DNA of 59,146 nucleotides, counting the filler, from Candidatus Woesearchaeota archaeon (lineage in GTDB: Archaea > Nanobdellota > Nanobdellia > Woesearchaeales > GCA-2685855), in the NCBI GenBank assembly GCA_002685855.1. It is 4 parts of 4 records of this genome, joined end to end, with 100 filler letters (N's around TTAATTAATTAA, not from the genome) between each part and the next. Parts side by side here need not be neighbours in the genome. Positions count along the whole stretch, not along the records: positions 48,643 to 59,146 come from NYYS01000024.1; 3 more parts are not named here. One strand, written 5' to 3'. The translations under genes were made by a program, and so were the position numbers. Within the stretch, counting starts at the first letter, position 1, and every line of letters begins with the position of its first letter. Below are positions 50,152 through 59,146 of this stretch, one piece after another. The notes below the pieces were generated by a model. The model saw only the letters and a program-made list of their open reading frames with translations, had not been told where the DNA came from and did not search any database.

Positions 50152-50487
50152 ATGAAAAGAACACGATGCGAAGAATGTAACGGAAAGATCATAAAGAAAA
50201 AGATAGATTTCCGTCTTTACGGAATAAGTTTAGGACTATTTCCTGCTGAAGTTTGCACACAATGCGGAGAAGAGATCTTTGATGAAGAAACATCTGACAA
50301 GATAGACGCAGTCGCAAAAGCAAAAGGTCTCTGGGGTCTTGGTGCCGAAACAAAAATATCAAAAAGCGGCACCTCCTTAGCAATCACTGTAAACAAAAAA
50401 ATTGTAGATTTCATGAACCTTAAGAAAGGAGAAGCAGTCTACATCCATCCTGAGACAAAAAACAGGTTAGTTATTGAGATTCAGTAA
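50152..50487 (+). CDS. YgiT-type Zn ribbon fused to AbrB-like domain
   Basis: CEECNG...AEVCTQCGEEIF plus KSGTSLAITV.K.I....LKKGE.V. Confidence 0.8.
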   Translation: MKRTRCEECNGKIIKKKIDFRLYGISLGLFPAEVCTQCGEEIFDEETSDKIDAVAKAKGLWGLGAETKISKSGTSLAITVNKKIVDFMNLKKGEAVYIHPETKNRLVIEIQ

Positions 50488-50531
50488 TAGCAGGTAAACA
50501 CAATTCTAGAGGACAGAGGTATGTATAACGC

Positions 50532-50951
50532 CTATGGAGAAGAAAAAAGATTAATCATATCGCAGGTTTTAAGATTAGGTATTTTATCTTGTTTCTTAAA
50601 ATGCTTGTCGTCTGACCAGATTACTGCATTATTTTGACAGAGGGCAGTTGCTATAAATGTGACATCCTCAGGATCAATATGTTCCATGATTTTTTTAGCT
50701 TCATCCCAATTCATAAGAACTTCTTCTGTTGGGATAAGTCTTACAAATTGGAATAGCTGATCTAAGATTCCTAAGAATTCATGTTCAGAAAGGCCTGATT
50801 TTTTAAGTATAAGACTTTTATATTTCCTAATTTTATGGAGTGAACCTTCAGGAAAACAAAAGTCTTGCTCAGATTTTACAATAAGTTCTCTTGTGGTAGA
50901 ATCTCTAATTAAAGCAGAAAGAAGAACGTTGACGTCGACAATAATAATCAT
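50532..50951 (-). CDS. PIN-domain (VapC-like) toxin
   Basis: IVDVNVLLSAL...DPEDVTFIATA...IWSDDKHF. Confidence 0.9.
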   Translation of the reverse strand: MIIIVDVNVLLSALIRDSTTRELIVKSEQDFCFPEGSLHKIRKYKSLILKKSGLSEHEFLGILDQLFQFVRLIPTEEVLMNWDEAKKIMEHIDPEDVTFIATALCQNNAVIWSDDKHFKKQDKIPNLKTCDMINLFSSP

Positions 50952-50954
50952 CCT

Positions 50955-51182
50955 TTATTTAGCTCGGTTAAGTTCCTCAAAAACGTCTTTATTTATTTTA
51001 TGAGCTATTTCATTCACTTCTTTATTGGTCAATTTACTTTTCTTTGCTATTTTATCCATCACTTCTAACAGCTCAACCTTCTGAGCAATAGATTTTCTAA
51101 CTACTTCACTCCAACGAATTTCGGAGTGCATCTTCATTCTTTCATGTAAATCATCAGGTATGGCTAAGGTTAAATTGGTCAT
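50955..51182 (-). CDS. ribbon-helix-helix antitoxin
   Basis: MTNLTLAIPDDLHERMK.H.EIRWSEVVR; directly upstream of the PIN gene. Confidence 0.85.
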   Translation of the reverse strand: MTNLTLAIPDDLHERMKMHSEIRWSEVVRKSIAQKVELLEVMDKIAKKSKLTNKEVNEIAHKINKDVFEELNRAK

Positions 51183-51333
51183 GCTTAAAAATCACCTCCA
51201 GGTTTTTTTAAGCCCCCTCAGATGTCTTGGGGGTTTAATCACCTAAGTGGATAGATGTGATTACACATATTTAAACCTTCCGATTTCCTTCAACCAAACA
51301 TTTAAATATCCTCCTCAGACCCGCTTCTATACA

Positions 51334-52128
51334 ATGAAACCCGCATTTGGCTATATTCCCCAGAAAAAAGCATGGAAAGACCTCCTTGTCCGCTGCATAG
51401 GAATCCCGCACCCCTATGGCCGCATGAGAGCCATGCGCGTACTTAAATACCTCTCCCGAAAACACAAAAAGATCCTCGACGTAGGATCAGGAGAAGGAAT
51501 CTGGAGCGTTGAACTCGCTCGGAGAGGCTTCGACGTTACCGGAATCGACCTCTCAGCAACCGCAGTCGAGAACGCCAAAAAAGCAGTACAAAGAACCAAA
51601 ACAAAAGCAGACTTCTATGTAGGAGATGCACAACACATCAAACTAAAAGAAAAAAACTTTGACCAGGCCATCTGCCTTGACGTCATGGAACACGTTGATG
51701 ACCCAACACAGGTCATCAAAGGAGTCTCAAAACACCTCAGAAAAGGAGGAATCTTCATCGCAACAGTCCCCACCCCACTCTACCTAGTAAAATCTCTGCT
51801 TCCCCTAAACTTCAAAAAACATTGTAAAAAGATCGGGCACATCCATGACGGATTCTACTTTGACACCATGAAGAAGATGTTCAACAAAGAAGGATTCAAA
51901 ATCATAAAACACGAATACTTCGGAAGAGGATTCTCCCGCATCATTCTTGAACTCCTCTACGCCTGCGCAGGACACGGACAACTCCAACGCTACAGAAAAA
52001 AGATGTACGACTACCACTATTCCACTTTATTACTCTTTTTTCTTATCTATCCTATTCTGTTAACCGATTACCTCTTTCCAAGAAAATCAAAAGGTGCGTT
52101 TGTTCTTCTTAAGGCAGTGAAGCTTTAA
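51334..52128 (+). CDS. class I SAM-dependent methyltransferase
   Basis: ILDVGSGEG, VTGIDLS, FD...CLDVMEHV. Confidence 0.9.
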   Translation: MKPAFGYIPQKKAWKDLLVRCIGIPHPYGRMRAMRVLKYLSRKHKKILDVGSGEGIWSVELARRGFDVTGIDLSATAVENAKKAVQRTKTKADFYVGDAQHIKLKEKNFDQAICLDVMEHVDDPTQVIKGVSKHLRKGGIFIATVPTPLYLVKSLLPLNFKKHCKKIGHIHDGFYFDTMKKMFNKEGFKIIKHEYFGRGFSRIILELLYACAGHGQLQRYRKKMYDYHYSTLLLFFLIYPILLTDYLFPRKSKGAFVLLKAVKL

Positions 52129-52143
52129 TTATGATTAAGAGTT

Positions 52144-53868
52144 CTAAATCTTTTTCAATTTTTTAATATCATACACATGAAAACTGTACTCAAACTGTTG
52201 AACAGGAACATACTCTAACAACCACCGATGACAATCGGTCTTCATCTTTGCAGCACCAATAACAAACACTCCCACAGTAGGCTCACACGGAACCGGTTCT
52301 GCATCAATACCATACACCGCAACATCAAAGAACTTGGGTGAATTCTCTCCAAGATAACTAAACCTATAATCCACAAACCCCTCCTCCTGAACAAACGCAG
52401 AAACCCGCTTCAACCCCTGATTCAGATCAACATTATTATCCAGCAGCACACGATACCCCTCAGACGGCCCCACCAGTTCATTAAAATAGGACATTGTAAA
52501 CGGAGCAATAAGAATCAACGCAACCAGATACCACAAACATAGCACCTTCACAAGACCCAACTTAAGGTCAACACGCTTCAACACCACCCCATCAAACAGG
52601 TTCCCAATAAACAGGTAGATCAACGGAAGAACGGCCATCACATACCGAATTCCGATCTGCTTTGTCGACAAAAAACTAAACGCGCCCAGAATCACAATCA
52701 CAGGAAACAGCAGATGCAGATTCTTCTCAATCAACAACCGCTTCCTCCACAACACATACCCCAGCGCCCAAAAGAACAAAATTAAAAAAGCAAGCGGCGT
52801 CTTCACAAGCAAGGCAACAAGATAATAATACCAATACCCCTCTGTGCTCTTCTCACCAAAAAGATAGGTCTCACTCTTCTGATTCTTCCACATATGATAA
52901 CTCACACCCTTAACATAGGACGTTGGAAACACAGAAGGAAAAGCAGCCAACTCCAGCATCTCCTCCTTGTAGGGAAGCGAGGTCCCCTCAATAATCTCCA
53001 TCTCCTCCTCACTAAACACAAGCGGCTGAAAACTCCCCTGGAACAGATAACTCAGATTCACTAAAAAACAAAACAACAACACAACCAACACACCATGCAA
53101 GATCAACACCCAACTCTTCCTCCTGCTCCTCCTACTCTTCTCCAATGCATACTTCAGATTCCCAGGAGCAGCCTTCTGAAAAAAAAGCACATACAACAAC
53201 ACAAGAAAACCCGAACCCAAAAGCAGAATAGCAGTAAACTTTGTAAGAAACGCAAACGCCAGACTCAAACCAAGCCACACAACATTCCTATTCGATGCCT
53301 TCTGCGTATACGCATAGAGCCGCCACACAAACAGCACAACAGCCAAAGAAAAAATAAGATCATTATACACAATTGGAGTATTCGCAATAATAGTAGGACT
53401 AAACCCTGTCAAAAAAGAGGCCAGCAACCCCGCACTCCTTCCAAACATACTCCGCCCAACAACAAACACAACAAACACCAGCAGCATCCCTAAAAGAATC
53501 AGAGGAATCCTGCTCCAAAACACGATCGCATCAACCCTTTCCAGATTATCCTCATACATAAACCTGATTGCACTATGCTGATAATGCTCTTTCTGCCACG
53601 AAGTAGAAAGGATTTCATCGTTCAGATCCATAAAAAGCAGCGGCAACCCTGAAACAACCTTGCTCAACGGAGGATGCACCTCGTTCCCCTTCCCCGCATA
53701 CTCGCCCGTCTTCAGAAAACTATACCCTGCAAAGATATGCCCTCCTTCATCAAACATAAGATTCGTCGTACTATTCTGCCACAACGAAAAAAAGCCAAAC
53801 CCTACCATAAAAAGAATCACAACTGCATAGGTCACTTCCTTCTTCTGAGTCCATGAGGGAATCTTCAT
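52144..53868 (-). CDS. GT-C (ArnT/PMT-like) glycosyltransferase
   Basis: FDE..HI..G, HPPLSK, multiple TMs, TKFTA, GIRY. Confidence 0.85.
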   Translation of the reverse strand: MKIPSWTQKKEVTYAVVILFMVGFGFFSLWQNSTTNLMFDEGGHIFAGYSFLKTGEYAGKGNEVHPPLSKVVSGLPLLFMDLNDEILSTSWQKEHYQHSAIRFMYEDNLERVDAIVFWSRIPLILLGMLLVFVVFVVGRSMFGRSAGLLASFLTGFSPTIIANTPIVYNDLIFSLAVVLFVWRLYAYTQKASNRNVVWLGLSLAFAFLTKFTAILLLGSGFLVLLYVLFFQKAAPGNLKYALEKSRRSRRKSWVLILHGVLVVLLFCFLVNLSYLFQGSFQPLVFSEEEMEIIEGTSLPYKEEMLELAAFPSVFPTSYVKGVSYHMWKNQKSETYLFGEKSTEGYWYYYLVALLVKTPLAFLILFFWALGYVLWRKRLLIEKNLHLLFPVIVILGAFSFLSTKQIGIRYVMAVLPLIYLFIGNLFDGVVLKRVDLKLGLVKVLCLWYLVALILIAPFTMSYFNELVGPSEGYRVLLDNNVDLNQGLKRVSAFVQEEGFVDYRFSYLGENSPKFFDVAVYGIDAEPVPCEPTVGVFVIGAAKMKTDCHRWLLEYVPVQQFEYSFHVYDIKKLKKI

Positions 53869-53929
53869 ACCAAATAGAAGCCAACTCTACTTTAAAAACA
53901 TTTTTATACTCTCCTCTGTTCTGAAACCC

Positions 53930-55447
53930 ATGCAGGAAAAAGAATCAAAAGTCGGCAAAACTGCTGTATTCGGCACCAGCATCGTCTTTATTCTCGCCCT
54001 AGCAGCAGCACTCATCGGCTACATCGTCCGCATGTACCTCTCCCGCAACCTCTCAATCGAGCATTTCGGACTCTTCTACGCCGCATTCTCCTTTGTCGGA
54101 CTCTTTGCAATCTTCAAAGACCTCGGCATGAACCAAGGACTCGTAAAATTCATCGCAGAATACAAACTAAAAAAACGCATGGACATTGTAAAAGGTTTCA
54201 TCCTCTCTGTTTTTGGATTCCAAATACTCCTATCTTGTATCGTAGCAGTCCTCCTCTTCCTGCTCGCACCCTGGCTTTCACGAGTCTACTTCCACGAACC
54301 CCTTGCAATACCCGTACTCCGCATCCTAGCAATTATGTTCTTTCTTGTCCCCCTCGAAAACATCTTCAAATTCTCATTCCAGGGATTCAAAAAAAACACT
54401 CTTTATGGAATAACAGACCTCTTCAAAATATCCATCATCCTCACAATAACATACATTCTCATGGTCAGAGGATTCGAAATCTTCGCACCCGCACTCGCAT
54501 ACGCATTAGTATTCCTCGTCCTCGCCATGATCTACCTCCCCATCTTCACACTCCATGTCTTCCCAACCTTCTTCCGCATCAAAGCACACTTCACAAAAAA
54601 ACTCTGCAAAGACCTCTGGAAAACATCCCTGCCCATGATCCTCGCAGCATCCGCAATCGCAGCAATGATGCAAACCGACACCGTAATCCTCACCTACTTT
54701 CGCTCACTCAAAGAAGTAGCAATCTACCAGGTCGTTTTCCCAACCGCCAGACTCCTTTTCTACTTCTCCCGTTCCCTTTCCGCAGTCATCCTCCCTGTAT
54801 CATCCGAACTCTGGATCAACAAATCAAAAACACAACTCCAAAACCTCGTACAATTCATCTATAAATACGCCATCATCATCGCAATCCCCCTTTCACTCAT
54901 CATGTTCTCCTTCCCCATCTTCATTATCAATCTTCTGTTCGGAGCAGACTACATCTCAGGAAGCCTCACCCTCCAAATCCTCAGCCTCGGCGCACTCCTC
55001 TTCACAATAGTATTCGTCAACCAATCCCTCCTCCTCGCAACAGACAAAGCCAAAATAAACGGAACTGCAATGCTCTGGGGTGCAGCAGCAAACATAATCA
55101 TCAACATCATCCTCATCCCCATCTTCGGAATCATCGGAGCAGCCATTGCCACTGTCACCGCCTACGCCCTAATCATGACCATAACACTCAAAGAAATTAA
55201 AAAGTCCATCACCTTTATCACACCCTGGAAAGAGTGGTGTATCGCGCTCCTTTCAGGAGCGGTGTTCTACCTTATCACAACAGCAATTAAATCAATACAA
55301 ATAAACGCATTCATTCAATTCTTTTCTGGAATCATCCTCGGAGGAATAGCCTACCTCGCAATACTCCTCCTAACAAAAGTCATCAAGAAAGAAGAACTCA
55401 TCCAGATCAGGAATATGCTTCCTTTCCTGAACAAACATAATAGGTAG
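53930..55447 (+). CDS. Wzx-like oligosaccharide flippase
   Basis: About 14 hydrophobic segments; R.L....FG, DLG, TD..IL, LIP.FGIIGAAIAT. Confidence 0.9.
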   Translation: MQEKESKVGKTAVFGTSIVFILALAAALIGYIVRMYLSRNLSIEHFGLFYAAFSFVGLFAIFKDLGMNQGLVKFIAEYKLKKRMDIVKGFILSVFGFQILLSCIVAVLLFLLAPWLSRVYFHEPLAIPVLRILAIMFFLVPLENIFKFSFQGFKKNTLYGITDLFKISIILTITYILMVRGFEIFAPALAYALVFLVLAMIYLPIFTLHVFPTFFRIKAHFTKKLCKDLWKTSLPMILAASAIAAMMQTDTVILTYFRSLKEVAIYQVVFPTARLLFYFSRSLSAVILPVSSELWINKSKTQLQNLVQFIYKYAIIIAIPLSLIMFSFPIFIINLLFGADYISGSLTLQILSLGALLFTIVFVNQSLLLATDKAKINGTAMLWGAAANIIINIILIPIFGIIGAAIATVTAYALIMTITLKEIKKSITFITPWKEWCIALLSGAVFYLITTAIKSIQINAFIQFFSGIILGGIAYLAILLLTKVIKKEELIQIRNMLPFLNKHNR

Positions 55448-57167
55448 GGAAATCACCCAGCATCATCCCCGCTTCACAACCTTCAACATCTGCAAACCCG
55501 CCCCATTCAGACAACGGCATAATAATATCATACGTACGATCCTGAACATTCTCATCCATCCATCCTTCATCCTCAATCCATACCCTACGCTTCTCCCCCA
55601 GAGACTGACCCATCCAGTCATAAAACAGCCCGGTCCGAACAAGATAGGTAGACTTTGTCACAATCGTTTTGTCAAGCGGAACCATCTCCATCTCCTGGGA
55701 AACAAGACTGTTATTCACAAAGAAACTATTCTGCGGGAAAATCAAAAAGAAAACAGAGGCCGCAAGCAAACACCCAAACAACACCTGCAGAACAACCCGC
55801 TGAATCCGTTTAATAAAGAACAATGGAACAAACACAAACGGCAACGCCCACACAATCAATGTTGCAGCATTATCCCTAAACATCAAATAACTATAGAACA
55901 ATGCATCATGCACATTCACATAATACAATAGAACAAAATAGACACCAAATGAACCTGCCAACAACGCCGGCTTTAGCTCAGTCTTTCGAGTCATCAAATC
56001 TGCAATAAGAATAAAACTCAACGGAAGCGCAGACAGCATATACTTCTCTGTTCCATGAGCTCCACCACCCTTTGTAAACGCAGCTGCACAATAATAAAGT
56101 ATAACCCAGCCAAGAAGCATAATCTCAGGACGCATAATAAACACACGCACCTTATCCAGTGCACCATTCCACCTCCCTTGTTTCAACTCCTGCACAACCT
56201 TACAGGCCATTTTGAAAAACACAAAAAACGACAGAAGCGTAATAATAATAAGAAATGCAACATGGGCAGCAGTAAGCTGTACCATCATCTTTCCAATATG
56301 CACAGAGGTATCCCATAACGGAGAAGCCAATCCAAGCGTAGTCCGTTTAGTAGTCACAAAAGCGATCTTAAACCAGTGAAGATCTGTAGCAAAATAATCA
56401 TAAATATACCATGCCAGAACCATGCCAAGACTCACAACAGACATAATAATCGGCCCGCGAAACCGTTTATGCACAAGCTCATAAAAAATAAGATAAAAAA
56501 GAAACAAGACCATACTCATACGCATCAGCATTCCCGCTCCAATCAAAAAACCAATAAGCCAGATACTTCCATACCCCTGGCTCTTTCCCGCTACAACCCG
56601 TTCATTCCACCGCACCCACAGCCAAAAACACAGCATAATAACACTAATAACAATAACCTCCTTAGTCAACCGATACGACAGACTCAGCACATGATACGAA
56701 CTCACTGCTGCAAGTGCTGCAGTAAACAATGCAACCTTTCGATTATACAACTGCCGAGCAAGAAGATACAACAGAATAATCGTGATCAAACTAAAAATAA
56801 GCACTCCTGAACGAAACGCCACCTCTCTACTCACAGGAAGAAATGCAAGAGGCGTATACATGATAAAACTCAACGGCGGATGATAATAGAGATGCTCTAT
56901 CGGCGGCTCCTTAATAATCTCATATCGTTCCTCTCCTGTACAATTAAGAGGAATCTTTTCAGGAAACCCCTCGGGAGTATCACAACGATAAATAACCGTA
57001 TACGGCGTCTTCAATTTTGCAAGACTTTCAATACCTAACGCCATCTGATCTTCATCATTAGCAAAATTCAATCCAACCTGAGGAACACGAAATAACACAG
57101 CCACAAAAAGAATTATTAAAAGGATCTTAATCTCATTCTTCTTCCTTATGTTCAGCTTCTTCTTCAT
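55407..57167 (-). CDS. GT-C (ArnT/PMT-like) glycosyltransferase
   Basis: DE motif after TM1, HPPLSF, LLYLLARQLYNRKVAL, multiple TMs. Confidence 0.8.
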   Translation of the reverse strand: MKKKLNIRKKNEIKILLIILFVAVLFRVPQVGLNFANDEDQMALGIESLAKLKTPYTVIYRCDTPEGFPEKIPLNCTGEERYEIIKEPPIEHLYYHPPLSFIMYTPLAFLPVSREVAFRSGVLIFSLITIILLYLLARQLYNRKVALFTAALAAVSSYHVLSLSYRLTKEVIVISVIMLCFWLWVRWNERVVAGKSQGYGSIWLIGFLIGAGMLMRMSMVLFLFYLIFYELVHKRFRGPIIMSVVSLGMVLAWYIYDYFATDLHWFKIAFVTTKRTTLGLASPLWDTSVHIGKMMVQLTAAHVAFLIIITLLSFFVFFKMACKVVQELKQGRWNGALDKVRVFIMRPEIMLLGWVILYYCAAAFTKGGGAHGTEKYMLSALPLSFILIADLMTRKTELKPALLAGSFGVYFVLLYYVNVHDALFYSYLMFRDNAATLIVWALPFVFVPLFFIKRIQRVVLQVLFGCLLAASVFFLIFPQNSFFVNNSLVSQEMEMVPLDKTIVTKSTYLVRTGLFYDWMGQSLGEKRRVWIEDEGWMDENVQDRTYDIIMPLSEWGGFADVEGCEAGMMLGDFPTYYVCSGKEAYS

Positions 57168-58441
57168 TCAATAACCTCTAAAGCAGCCTTTAACACACCG
57201 TCAACATAATGCGAAGCATCCGCCCTCTTCTTAAGACCTTCCTTCTCCCCAATAAAAATTGTGGTTACCCCTGCCCGATTACCTGCAACAATATCCCTCC
57301 AGCTGTCTCCAATAAGATAACTCTTCCCGGGATCGATCCCGTGTCTATAAATTGCCTCAAGAATCATCCCTGCCTGCGGCTTCCTGCACTCACACGCCTT
57401 CCGATACTCACTATAGGGCGCATCTGCGTGCTGCGTCTCAGGATGATGCGGACAATAAAACACATCGATAATCTTCCCCCCTTCAGCTTCAGCCAACTCC
57501 TTTACCCGCGCATTCATTGCCTCAATCTCCTCAATACTACACATTCCACGTGCAACCTGCGGCTGATTTGTAACAATAATTAAAAGATACCCCTTCCCAT
57601 TCAACACCTTCACTGCCTCTGCAACCCCGGGCAATAGTTCGATCCTATCCAAAGAATCCACCAAACCAACCTCCTTGTTCAGCGTCCCATCCCTATCCAG
57701 CAACACCGCCTTCTTAGTCCCCTTTCTCTCCTCTACAAACTGTTTTACAACAATATGCTTTTCAACAGCAGCAAACCGATCAGGCGTCCCCATATCCTTT
57801 GTGTAATCATCAGAGATATACCCAAACAACCCCTTCTCAGAGCTAATCAACAACGGAAAAAGATCTCTCTCAAGATTCTGTTTCCCCTCACCAATAAGCT
57901 CCATAACCTCTCTCCTAAAAATAAAACTCCCTGCATTTGACAGATTCACAAACCGTTCATCCTTCCCCGGCCTATGCAGCACACCTTCCACCCGTCCCTC
58001 AGAATTCAACTCAACAATATCAGTATCATACGGATGTGTCGATCCATGAACAAAAATCGAAGCCAACGCTCCCTTCTCCTTGTGAAACTTAAAAAACAAA
58101 GAAAGATCCAATTCAGAATAGACATCCCCATGCAACAAAAAGAAATCATCATCCGCCAAAGCTGCTGCATTCTTCACACAGCCCGCAGTTCCCAACGGCT
58201 CCTCCTCCAGACTATACTCTATCCGAACACCAAAACCAGAACCATCCCCAAAATGTTCTTTGATCTGATCAGCACCATAACCAACAAGCAACACAATATC
58301 ACAAAACCCATGCGATTTACAAGTCTCAATAACATATTCAAGAACAGGCTTCCCGCATACAGGCATCAGAGGCTTAGGAAGTTCGCCACTTAAACTTTTC
58401 AGTCGTGTACCCTTTCCGCCAGCCGTAATAAGAACTTTCAT
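57164..58441 (-). CDS. fused HddC-like nucleotidyltransferase and GmhB heptose-1,7-bisphosphate phosphatase
   Basis: AGGKGTRL...PKPL...LGTAG; DRDGTLN, VTNQ, CPHHP...CECRKP, IGDS..D. Confidence 0.9.
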   Translation of the reverse strand: MKVLITAGGKGTRLKSLSGELPKPLMPVCGKPVLEYVIETCKSHGFCDIVLLVGYGADQIKEHFGDGSGFGVRIEYSLEEEPLGTAGCVKNAAALADDDFFLLHGDVYSELDLSLFFKFHKEKGALASIFVHGSTHPYDTDIVELNSEGRVEGVLHRPGKDERFVNLSNAGSFIFRREVMELIGEGKQNLERDLFPLLISSEKGLFGYISDDYTKDMGTPDRFAAVEKHIVVKQFVEERKGTKKAVLLDRDGTLNKEVGLVDSLDRIELLPGVAEAVKVLNGKGYLLIIVTNQPQVARGMCSIEEIEAMNARVKELAEAEGGKIIDVFYCPHHPETQHADAPYSEYRKACECRKPQAGMILEAIYRHGIDPGKSYLIGDSWRDIVAGNRAGVTTIFIGEKEGLKKRADASHYVDGVLKAALEVIE

Positions 58442-59023
58442 TCATTCCTCCTCCCTCGAACACCCATCCTCTACCAATCCACAAATAATATGACCTGCAG
58501 TAATATGACTTTCCTGAATGCGTGCAGTATTTCTGCTTGGAACGTTCAACTCAATATCTGCCAATCCATGCATCTTCCCACCACTCTCGCCAGTAAACAA
58601 CACCGTTGCCCCGCCCTTCTCCTTTCCAACACGAAGACCCTCCGCAATACTCGCACTATTCCCCGACGTACTAATTCCAACAACCACATCTCCAGGCATA
58701 CAAAACCCTTCCACCTGACGTGAAAAAACAGAATCAAACCCATGATCGTTTGACTGGGCAGTAACCGATGACGTATTTGTATGAAGTGCAATTGCAGGAA
58801 GAGATCTTCGTTCTTTTTCAAACTTGTTCACAAGCTCTGCTGCAATATGTTGTGCATCTGCAGCACTCCCGCCATTCCCAAAAATAATAAGCTTTCCACC
58901 TTTCTGATATGAACTAATCATCATCTCTGCAATCCGGGCAATCACATCTGATTGTTCCAAAAGCTTCTCCTTTACTGCAATCGATTCCCGAATCCGTTCG
59001 TGAATAATCTCCTTCATAGCCAT
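58442..59023 (-). CDS. gmhA: sedoheptulose-7-phosphate isomerase
   Basis: GNGGSAADAQHIAAE, ND..F..VFSRQ, ISTSGNS, RIQESH; TGATG overlap favours start at 59023. Confidence 0.95.
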   Translation of the reverse strand: MAMKEIIHERIRESIAVKEKLLEQSDVIARIAEMMISSYQKGGKLIIFGNGGSAADAQHIAAELVNKFEKERRSLPAIALHTNTSSVTAQSNDHGFDSVFSRQVEGFCMPGDVVVGISTSGNSASIAEGLRVGKEKGGATVLFTGESGGKMHGLADIELNVPSRNTARIQESHITAGHIICGLVEDGCSREEE

Positions 59024-59145
59024 CAATCCTTCACATGATTTACCGTAAGATACTCCTTTGCCTCCCATACCTGTAATCCTTTACTATCAAAATCAAACTC
59101 AACCGTCTTGCATCCCTTCTTCTCAAGTGCTTTCTGCACCGCCTG
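59023..59145 (-). CDS. C-terminus of probable HddA heptose-7-phosphate kinase (GHMP), 5' truncated
   Basis: ...QKALEKKGCKTVEFDFDSKGLQVW...* abutting gmhA. Confidence 0.55.
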   Translation of the reverse strand, partial: QAVQKALEKKGCKTVEFDFDSKGLQVWEAKEYLTVNHVKD

Positions 59146-59146
59146 C

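Noticed and set aside
51207..51240. Imperfect inverted repeat AAGCCCCC...GGGGGTTT upstream of the RHH antitoxin
   Set aside because: Single copy; could be an operator or hairpin but is unsupported otherwise

Overview
Four contigs of an archaeal genome (DPANN-like, most consistent with Woesearchaeota; inferred from gene content, no search run) joined by three artificial 100-nt N/TTAATTAATTAA linkers (16454-16553, 32466-32565, 48543-48642), so adjacency across linkers is meaningless. Core genes: the RNA polymerase operon (rpoH-B''-B'-A'-A''-rpl30e-nusA), rpl15e, rpl21e-rpoF-DUF655, an extended rpl11, aCPSF1/FttA, psmB, valS, nth and a bacterial-type metK. All four tRNA genes found by eye (Lys-UUU, Asp-GUC, Ser-UGA, Ser-GCU) are interrupted, with eight BHB-type introns in total and one at T-loop position 59/60 in every gene. 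tRNA-Ser(UGA) is also preceded by tandem copies of its own 5' end. Accessory content includes an apparently intact GGEEF diguanylate cyclase, a RelA/SpoT-type HD fragment, a three-gene membrane operon ending in a catalytically dead L,D-transpeptidase-like domain, a 1887-aa Cys/Trp-repeat surface protein, an AT-rich B12-radical SAM/UDG-like/CYTH cassette, a toxin-antitoxin cluster and a GDP-heptose/GT-C/flippase glycosylation locus.
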